Below are positions 57,120-64,000 of a DNA stretch of 64,000 nucleotides, piece after piece (positions within the stretch are counted from its first letter, which is position 1; the number at the start of each line of letters is the position of its first letter). A program made the translations under genes and the position numbers. The notes under the pieces were generated by a model. It searched no databases and was not told the DNA's origin. It saw only the letters and a list, made by a program, of their open reading frames with translations. The stretch is from Clostridium sp. CAG:914. GTDB taxonomy: Bacteria > Bacillota_I > Bacilli_A > RF39 > UBA660. Where the stretch lies: assembly GCA_000437895.1 (NCBI GenBank), contig FR902135.1, forward strand, positions 25,925-89,924, in the 5' to 3' direction.

Positions 57120-58154
57120 TTATGGTAATAGTCCAAATCCTGATACTACGCTTCTTCCACCAATAACTCTTTCTCCAAAGACATTAAGTGGGTTATTTAT
57201 TAATTTATTATTAATAACTAGTTGTGAAGATGTTCCACCATCTAAATTTGCTGCGTTGTAAGCGCCATATTTTTCTAGTGTATCAGCTATTTCTATTAGG
57301 GTAGGTCCTCTACTGTGAACACCATCTGTAACTAAGAATAGTATTATGCCATCTTTTCTTTGAGCAATGGCTACACGAGCTGCTCTATCATATCCGCCTG
57401 CTCCAGAACTGTTAGTGATTTTTTGTCCATTTACAATTAAGAAAGGTCCAAATTCTAATCCATCACGTATTCCTGATGCTACTGCTTCTTCACCTGTTGC
57501 ATTAATTAGTGATAGTTTATTTTCGTATGTAATTCCTATTATGTTACCGCGTTTTTCACTATCAGACCATATAACTTCACCATCTTTGATTATATATCCA
57601 ATAGGTATATCAGAGCCCATTCCATAGTCAACAAATCCACCACCATTTATGCATACAAGTCCATTATATCTTTTGCACATCTTTAGAACAGATTCTTGTC
57701 CATTACCTGTATTAAATGATTTAGATGTTATGGCAGTTACTTTTGATGGGTCGTATATAGCTACTAGGTATGCATCATACTTAGAAATTTTAATATTAAT
57801 TAGTTTATAGTCTTCATTTCCTTCATTTCTTACTAATATAGCTTTATCATATTCATCTTTATATATTTTTTTATCACTAGTATCAATAATTATGTCATCA
57901 AGATTTATTTCTTCAGATGGAACTATATATGAGTTAAGTGCTACAACTTTACTTACTTCTTCTTCACTATAGAAGGTATAAGCAATATACTGATGTGTTT
58001 TAGTAACCATTGCTGTAGATATTATCATATTTTTGAAATCTGTATATGGTCCATAGAATAGAAAGAAACAACCAGCTACAAAGATATCAATAATGATCAT
58101 AACAATGGTAAACCAATTTAATTTTCTTTTCTTTTTTTTGTTAACTTTTTTCAT
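57120..58154 (-). CDS. Phosphodiester glycosidase (DUF2233/NAGPA-like) family protein
   Basis: N-terminal TM helix, CINGGGF, RVAIAQRKDG and ANLDGGTSS. Confidence 0.65.
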   Translation of the reverse strand: MKKVNKKKKRKLNWFTIVMIIIDIFVAGCFFLFYGPYTDFKNMIISTAMVTKTHQYIAYTFYSEEEVSKVVALNSYIVPSEEINLDDIIIDTSDKKIYKDEYDKAILVRNEGNEDYKLINIKISKYDAYLVAIYDPSKVTAITSKSFNTGNGQESVLKMCKRYNGLVCINGGGFVDYGMGSDIPIGYIIKDGEVIWSDSEKRGNIIGITYENKLSLINATGEEAVASGIRDGLEFGPFLIVNGQKITNSSGAGGYDRAARVAIAQRKDGIILFLVTDGVHSRGPTLIEIADTLEKYGAYNAANLDGGTSSQLVINNKLINNPLNVFGERVIGGRSVVSGFGLLP

Positions 58155-58156
58155 AT

Positions 58157-59458
58157 TTAATCCTCCAATATAAATGGATCATTTAAAGTACCATTTCCTT
58201 TAAATTTGTTTTCTTTACTGATACTGATGGTTGGTCTTATATGTCTTTTTACGCCAATTCTTGATTTTGCAAGAATTGAATTATAAATATATACTCCATC
58301 ATCAATTGGTGTTGTTAAGTAATAGTTTGCTAAGTCGCTATTAAATTTTAAATCACTAATATTAAGTAATCCTATGTAACATTCAGTATATTTACTTAAA
58401 ACGTCTTTATAACTATTTTCATATTTGCCAATATAATATTTTCCTTTAACTAGTTTATCTTTGTATGGTAATTCTTCATAGTAAGTATTATTTAGATAAT
58501 ATGCAAGAGAGTAAGTATCATTTTCATCATATATATTTGAATTGTTACTAAAATATCTACTTGTAGTAACTAACTTTGTTGATTCTAGTTTTATAACATC
58601 TTTTTCTATGTCATATACTTGATATAAGTCGTTATCTAGTTTTACATAAGAACTAACTCTTACATCTTTTATATCCTCTTTTACAATATATGGATTTTCT
58701 TTTGTGCCTGTTCCACTTAATAAAACATTATTGTTGGCTAAAGTTACGACAGGTTTAACTAAATAGTTAATATTAGGTTTTGATAATGTTATGGTATTAC
58801 TTGAGGTGTGCCAAGCTTTATTTGCAGCACTACTTGAATTTGCTAGCCATATTTTTTCATCTTCTTTAGATAAGAATGTTTTATCATCAATAATACTGTT
58901 TACATAGTCAGAAATATCTAGTAGAGATATATAATTATCTAGATTCATTTTGCTACATGAAATAGTTGTCATACTGTTGATATCGTCTTCACAAATAGTT
59001 GTTTTGGCTAATTTTTCGGTATTAAAAGATTTTATAAAAATGTCATTTAGATAATTAAAAATATCTGATTTTGTAAATGCGGTATATTCTTCATTCCATG
59101 GTAAGATATTTATATGGTCATCTAGCATCATAACAATAGTATTATCACTTTTAATCTTAATAATACGCCATAACATATTAGAGAAACTAACATAGTTATC
59201 TACATTTTCACCTTTATATATGGTATTACCATTTATTCTATATGCACCATTTCCTTCATATACTAATGAAGTATTTGCTAGAATATCTGTTGCCATATAA
59301 ACTGTTGATTCTCCATCTATTTTTGGATTATATATTTTATAATATTTTATTAATCTTTTTCCATAAAAAATAAAACATCCTATAATAAATAATATACTAA
59401 TAATACAGAATATTTTTTGGATACTTATTTTTCTTTTAATTTTACACTTCTTTTTCAT
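58157..59458 (-). CDS. Membrane-anchored extracellular protein, unknown function
   Basis: 433 aa with an N-terminal TM helix. Repeated G(T/N)G(T)..(N/D)P(Y/F)I(V/L) motifs. Directly upstream of the glycosidase gene. Confidence 0.5.
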   Translation of the reverse strand: MKKKCKIKRKISIQKIFCIISILFIIGCFIFYGKRLIKYYKIYNPKIDGESTVYMATDILANTSLVYEGNGAYRINGNTIYKGENVDNYVSFSNMLWRIIKIKSDNTIVMMLDDHINILPWNEEYTAFTKSDIFNYLNDIFIKSFNTEKLAKTTICEDDINSMTTISCSKMNLDNYISLLDISDYVNSIIDDKTFLSKEDEKIWLANSSSAANKAWHTSSNTITLSKPNINYLVKPVVTLANNNVLLSGTGTKENPYIVKEDIKDVRVSSYVKLDNDLYQVYDIEKDVIKLESTKLVTTSRYFSNNSNIYDENDTYSLAYYLNNTYYEELPYKDKLVKGKYYIGKYENSYKDVLSKYTECYIGLLNISDLKFNSDLANYYLTTPIDDGVYIYNSILAKSRIGVKRHIRPTISISKENKFKGNGTLNDPFILED

Positions 59459-59578
59459 ACTTTTACCTCGTTTCTTATTATATCATCTATGTTATTTTTA
59501 GACAATATTTTTTAATTATTTAATTTATCTTTACATATTAATATATTGTTATTAGATAATGGGGTATAGAAAAAAAGA

Positions 59579-61285
59579 TTACTTATTGGTAATCTCAGTT
59601 TTTCTATTTTCATAAAATCCCTTTATATCCATAATTACTGGTAATATAATTGGAACTCTACCAATTTTTTCGTTTAGGATAGGAACAAGTTCATTAATTA
59701 ATTCTTGTTTGATTTCAGAAAAATTAATGGTTTTATTTTTTAACATTTTATTAATTATTTTTTCACTAATTTTTTGTAATTCTTTGATTAAATCTAAATT
59801 GTCATTTACTAATATATATCCGCGGGTAGTAATTAATGGTGGACTTAATAATTGTTTGTTTTTAGAGTCTATATTTATAATTATTGATAAGATACCGTTA
59901 TTTGACATTAATACTCTATCTTTTATAACAACGTTACTAACATCTCCAACTCTTGAACCATCTACATATACTGAAGTTGCTTGAATATGTCCTTTTTTTA
60001 CAATTGAGGTATTGGAAATATTTAAAATGTCTCCATTTTCTAATATAAAGGTGTTTTTCTTTGGTATACCACAGTCAATAGCTAAGTCGGCATGTTCTTT
60101 TAACATTCTGTATTCTCCATGATATGGTGCAAAATATTCGGGATTAAATAGTCTTATCATTAATTTTAATTCTTCCTGATTAGCATGTCCTGATGAATGT
60201 ATTTCTTGATTAATGCTATTGGTAAATACTTTTACTCCTTTTAGGTATAATTTATTGATTGTTTTTGATACGGAAGAGGAGTTACCTGGTATTGGTGAAG
60301 ATGAGAAAATAACAATATCATTAGGTATAAGTTTAATGTGTTTATGAGTTCCATTGGCAATTCTTGATAAAGCGGCAAGTGGTTCACCTTGACTACCTGT
60401 ACATAATAGGCATACTTTGCTAGGATTTAATTGGTTAGCTTCTTCTGCTGATATAAATATACTTTTATCTTTTATATATCCACATTTTATAGCTATTTCG
60501 ATAGATGTTTCCATACTTCTACCAAATAGAGCTATTTTTCTTTTATTAATTTTACAAGTTTCTACAATGTGTTTAAGTCTATATATATTTGAAGCAAATG
60601 TTGCTAAGATTATTCTGTTATTTTGGTAGTTAGAAAATATTTCTCCAAGATTTTCATCTACTTTGGATTCGCTAACAGAAATGCCACTTACTAATGCATT
60701 AGTAGAATCACTCATTAATAGTTTTACTCCCTTTTTACCAATTTCTGCCATTTTATGTAAATTAGCCATTGGTCCTATTGGTGTAAAATCAAATTTAAAA
60801 TCTCCAGTCATTACTATAACTCCATTAGGAGAAGTAATAGCTAGACCATGAGAGTCTGGTATAGAGTGTGTTGTTCTAAAAAATTCAATATTAAAGTATT
60901 TTGTTTTAACGGTTGTATTTTCATCATAAATTTTAATATTTTTATATTTTATATTTCTTTCTTCTAATTTTTTTAAGATAAGTTCTTTAGCTTGAACTGG
61001 AGCATATATTTTTGGAATATTTATTTGGTTAAGTAAAAATGGTATTCCTCCAATGTGGTCTTCATGACCATGTGTTATAAATAGTCCTTTTATCATATTT
61101 TCATGTTCTTTTAAATAACTAAAGTCTGGTATAACATAGTCAATACCTAATAAATCGTCTTCTGGAAACATTACTCCTGCATCAACGATAATAATTTCAT
61201 TATTGTGTTTAACACAATACATATTTTTTCCTACTTCTCCAAGGCCTCCTAGGGCAAATACTTGGGTTGTTTTTTCTTTATTCAT
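59579..61285 (-). CDS. rnjA: Ribonuclease J (J1-type, intact metal-binding motif)
   Basis: VFALGGLGEVGKNMY, THGHEDHIGG, and beta-CASP and C-terminal domains. ATG at 61285 preferred over the upstream GTG. Confidence 0.9.
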   Translation of the reverse strand: MNKEKTTQVFALGGLGEVGKNMYCVKHNNEIIIVDAGVMFPEDDLLGIDYVIPDFSYLKEHENMIKGLFITHGHEDHIGGIPFLLNQINIPKIYAPVQAKELILKKLEERNIKYKNIKIYDENTTVKTKYFNIEFFRTTHSIPDSHGLAITSPNGVIVMTGDFKFDFTPIGPMANLHKMAEIGKKGVKLLMSDSTNALVSGISVSESKVDENLGEIFSNYQNNRIILATFASNIYRLKHIVETCKINKRKIALFGRSMETSIEIAIKCGYIKDKSIFISAEEANQLNPSKVCLLCTGSQGEPLAALSRIANGTHKHIKLIPNDIVIFSSSPIPGNSSSVSKTINKLYLKGVKVFTNSINQEIHSSGHANQEELKLMIRLFNPEYFAPYHGEYRMLKEHADLAIDCGIPKKNTFILENGDILNISNTSIVKKGHIQATSVYVDGSRVGDVSNVVIKDRVLMSNNGILSIIINIDSKNKQLLSPPLITTRGYILVNDNLDLIKELQKISEKIINKMLKNKTINFSEIKQELINELVPILNEKIGRVPIILPVIMDIKGFYENRKTEITNK

Positions 61286-61474
61286 AATCCTCACTTTCTT
61301 GTAAAATTTTGACCGATATAAAATAAATAATATAAATTTTAAAGATTAACACGTTACAAATTATATCATAATTAAAAAGTAAAATCAACTGTTATCTTTT
61401 GATGACGTTTGACAATAGTAATTTTTTTTGTTATAATTTTTTAGTCTTTTATACTTTATTTGGAAAGGAGAAAA

Positions 61475-63121
61475 ATGAGTAAAATTAATATATTTAGTTT
61501 AGGTGGACTAAATGAAAATGGAAAAAACATGTATGTTGTCTGTGTTGATGATGATATACTTGTTCTTGAAGCTGGACTTCAGTATGCTGATGAACAGACA
61601 TTGGGAATAGATTATATGATTCCTAATATTGATTATTTGAAACAGAACAAAGAAAGAATTAGAGGAATATTTTTAACACATGGTCATGATGAGAATGTGG
61701 GAGCAATTACAGATATTATAGATTATTTACCTAATATACCTATATATGCTTCTCCATTTACATATAATATTGTTAAACAGGAATTATTAGAATATGATAA
61801 GAGTATTTCTTCTTTGGTAAAAATTGAGGCTAATAAACCAGTAGATGTTGGTAATTTAAAGGTTTATCCTGTTTCTTTATCACATTCTATTCCAGATAAT
61901 TTTGGGTATGCTATTTATACTCCTGATGGAATAATATTTTATGCTTCTGATTTTGTATTTGATTCAACGATGAGGGGAGCATATAAAACAGATTTAGGTA
62001 AGTTAGCATATATTGGTAAACAAGGGGTATTGTGTTTAATGTCTGAGTCTTTGTATGCTAATAAAGAAGGATATACGGCTCCAAATCATAGGATACAATC
62101 ATTAATTAGGGAAACTTTAGTAAAAAGTAATGGAAGAATTATATTTAATGTCTTAAATTCTCATTTATATAGAATACAAGAATTATTTAATGAAGTAGAA
62201 AAGACAGATAGAAAAATAGTTGTTATGGGAAAAAGACTACAAAATATAATAGATAATGCTATTAAAGAAGATTATTTACATATTGATAGTAAATATATTG
62301 GAGATTTATCTAATATTAATGATGAAAATGTTGTTATATTAAATTCTAATGAGAGATATAAACCTTATTATAATATTTTGAAAATAGTAGATGGTTATGA
62401 TAAATATGTTACTTTAACAAGTAGTGATACGGTATTTTTAGCTACACCTGTGTATGAGGGTAGAGAAAAGACTTTTTATAAGTTATTAGATAAGATTGCT
62501 AAGATAGGGTGTGAAGCGGTTGTTTTATCTCCGAAGAAATATTTATCATATCATGCTTCTAAAGAGGATCTTATGATGATGATAGAACTTATGAATCCTA
62601 AGTATTATTTTCCAATTAAAGGTGAATATTCAGAACAAGTCGCTAATGGAGATTTGGCTTGTATGGTTGGGGTAGATAAGGATAATATTATTTTGAAAGA
62701 AAATGGAAGTGTTGCTACTATTGTTGATGGTAAATTAATGGATGAATTTAAAGAGGTAAGGGTAGGTAATATATCTATTGATGGAGATTCTTCTAATGAT
62801 ATTGGGGAATTGGTACTTAAAGATAGAGAATTGTTATCTAATAATGGTATAGTTATAGTGTCTGCAACGATTGATAAGAAAAGTAAACAAATAATAGCTG
62901 GACCAGAAATACTTACTAGGGGATTTATTTATGTAAAAGATTCTGTTCAACTTATAGATGATATGAAAAATATTTGTTCTAGTATTATTTTGGATAATAC
63001 TCATAATGGTTATGTTGATTATACAAAAATAAAGAATACTATTAGAGATGAATTATCAAAATTTTTATTTGAACAAGCTGGTAATAAACCTATGATTATA
63101 AATGTTATACAAGAAATATAA
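61475..63121 (+). CDS. rnjB: Ribonuclease J paralog (J2-type, degenerate HxHxDH)
   Basis: IFSLGGLNENGKNMY. THGHDENVGA replaces HGHEDHIGG. ATG at 61475 follows ggaaaggag. Confidence 0.85.
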   Translation: MSKINIFSLGGLNENGKNMYVVCVDDDILVLEAGLQYADEQTLGIDYMIPNIDYLKQNKERIRGIFLTHGHDENVGAITDIIDYLPNIPIYASPFTYNIVKQELLEYDKSISSLVKIEANKPVDVGNLKVYPVSLSHSIPDNFGYAIYTPDGIIFYASDFVFDSTMRGAYKTDLGKLAYIGKQGVLCLMSESLYANKEGYTAPNHRIQSLIRETLVKSNGRIIFNVLNSHLYRIQELFNEVEKTDRKIVVMGKRLQNIIDNAIKEDYLHIDSKYIGDLSNINDENVVILNSNERYKPYYNILKIVDGYDKYVTLTSSDTVFLATPVYEGREKTFYKLLDKIAKIGCEAVVLSPKKYLSYHASKEDLMMMIELMNPKYYFPIKGEYSEQVANGDLACMVGVDKDNIILKENGSVATIVDGKLMDEFKEVRVGNISIDGDSSNDIGELVLKDRELLSNNGIVIVSATIDKKSKQIIAGPEILTRGFIYVKDSVQLIDDMKNICSSIILDNTHNGYVDYTKIKNTIRDELSKFLFEQAGNKPMIINVIQEI

Positions 63122-63125
63122 TATT

Positions 63126-63179
63126 AAAAGTGTAAATAATAATTAAATAAATAAAAGTGTAAATAATAATTAAATAAAT
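63126..63179. repeat. Perfect 27-bp tandem duplication
   Basis: aaaagtgtaaataataattaaataaat occurs twice (63126-63152 and 63153-63179). Confidence 0.95.
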
Positions 63180-63207
63180 TGACATTATATAAAAAGTATT
63201 ATATAAT
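63179..63207 (+). promoter_or_regulatory. Consensus sigma-A promoter
   Basis: TTGACA (63179-63184), 17 nt, TATAAT (63202-63207). Confidence 0.65.
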
Positions 63208-63232
63208 ATGTATGTATTGAGGGAGGAAAATT

Positions 63233-63559
63233 ATGTTATTTTTAGATACGTGTAGTGATTTAGCACCATTAATTAGACTTATTAAATTTGGTATAATTCC
63301 AATTATTCAAATAGGTGTTCCTATATTACTTATTTTATATGGAATGTTTGATTTGTCAAAAGCAGTTATTGCTTCAAAAGAGGATGAAATAAAAAATGCT
63401 ACTAAGTTATTAACTAAGAGAGCAATATATGCTGTTGCAGTATTTTTAGTTGTTACTTTAGTAACTGCTGTATTTGGTTTACTTTCAAGTACAGGTGATA
63501 ATAACATTGAAAATCAATCAAAAAGTGGTATACAATGTTGGAATAAAATAAAAAAATAA
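63233..63559 (+). CDS. Small membrane protein, unknown function
   Basis: 108 aa with 2-3 TM helices and RBS gggagg upstream. Confidence 0.5.
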   Translation: MLFLDTCSDLAPLIRLIKFGIIPIIQIGVPILLILYGMFDLSKAVIASKEDEIKNATKLLTKRAIYAVAVFLVVTLVTAVFGLLSSTGDNNIENQSKSGIQCWNKIKK

Positions 63560-63864
63560 AAGTTGATGTTAGAAGCATTAGCTTTTTTTGTGTGACTTTT
63601 TTTAAATTTTGTCTATATATTCTATATATATTTAAGTTATTAAACTTAGTTAATATGTTGGATGTGTAGGGGAATAACTATAGAAATGTAACAATCTTTT
63701 TTAAATCTTTATTGTTATAAAAAAACTAGACGGTATTTCTAGTTAATATTTATTTTTACTTGAAATGTTCAAGTGTTAATTAAAAATGATGCCAGTAAGG
63801 AACATGTCTAACAACTCCGAGGCCAAAAGATGATAGTAAGTAATAAAATTACAAACCAGTTACA

Positions 63865-64000
63865 TTATATATCATTTTTTTCAACAAAAACATCATATAT
63901 TGCTTTATATCGGTATCCTAGTTTTGTATATGTTGAATCAGGAACAAGTATTCCTAATTCTATTAATTGATCTATTAAAGTAGACACAGTATTTCTTGAT
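63865..64000 (-). CDS. 3' end of a gene running off the window (winged-helix-like C-terminus)
   Basis: The reverse frame reads ...SRNTVSTLIDQLIELGILVPDSTYTKLGYRYKAIYDVFVEKNDI-stop (stop at 63865-63867). Confidence 0.35.
   Translation of the reverse strand, partial: SRNTVSTLIDQLIELGILVPDSTYTKLGYRYKAIYDVFVEKNDI

Noticed and set aside
63700-63864. Short hairpins (ctagacggtatttctag; acttgaa-atg-ttcaagt) and a 15-codon ORF in the final intergenic region.
   Set aside because: These are probably terminator or spacer structures next to the truncated minus-strand gene. There is too little context at the window edge to call anything.
1-64000. Scan for CRISPR arrays, rRNA genes, additional tRNAs and IS elements with terminal inverted repeats.
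   Set aside because: No regularly spaced direct repeats, no rRNA-like conserved blocks and no transposase-like ORFs were seen. The only tRNA is at 56327-56403.

Overview
AT-rich, standard-code chromosomal segment from a low-GC Gram-positive bacterium. It looks Erysipelotrichia/Clostridia-like, but that taxonomy is inferred by eye from gene content only. Most of the window is housekeeping: rlmH, leuS, three RluA/RluD-type pseudouridine synthases, lspA, secDF, rel, dtd, rhomboid, clpP, prsA, ezrA, an RNase J1/J2 pair and one tRNA-Met(CAT). Four regions stand out. (1) 22-10112 is a Tad/Flp-type pilus cluster: CpaB, TadA ATPase, TadB/C, a short pilin, two TadE-like pseudopilins, a TadZ-like protein and a GT-C-like membrane protein. 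Its prepilin N-termini are non-canonical and no prepilin peptidase is in view. (2) 29175-35046 is an anaerobic RNR locus: a degenerate ATP-cone NrdD paralog, nrdG, an nrdD fused to a CxxC redoxin domain, and trxB. (3) 39978-46224 is a PBP5-type D,D-carboxypeptidase gene split in frame by a 5.1-kb element that carries a large serine recombinase; the att sites can be reconstructed from the sequence, and the layout resembles skin-like intervening elements. (4) 46208-48544 is a decayed islet bounded by a 44-bp perfect direct repeat and containing a second copy of the element's right arm. I also found two unannotated tandem tiny-TM ORFs (YjcZ-like) and several repeats. No CRISPR array, rRNA gene or confident riboswitch was seen. 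All functional calls rest on motif recognition by eye; no database search was run.
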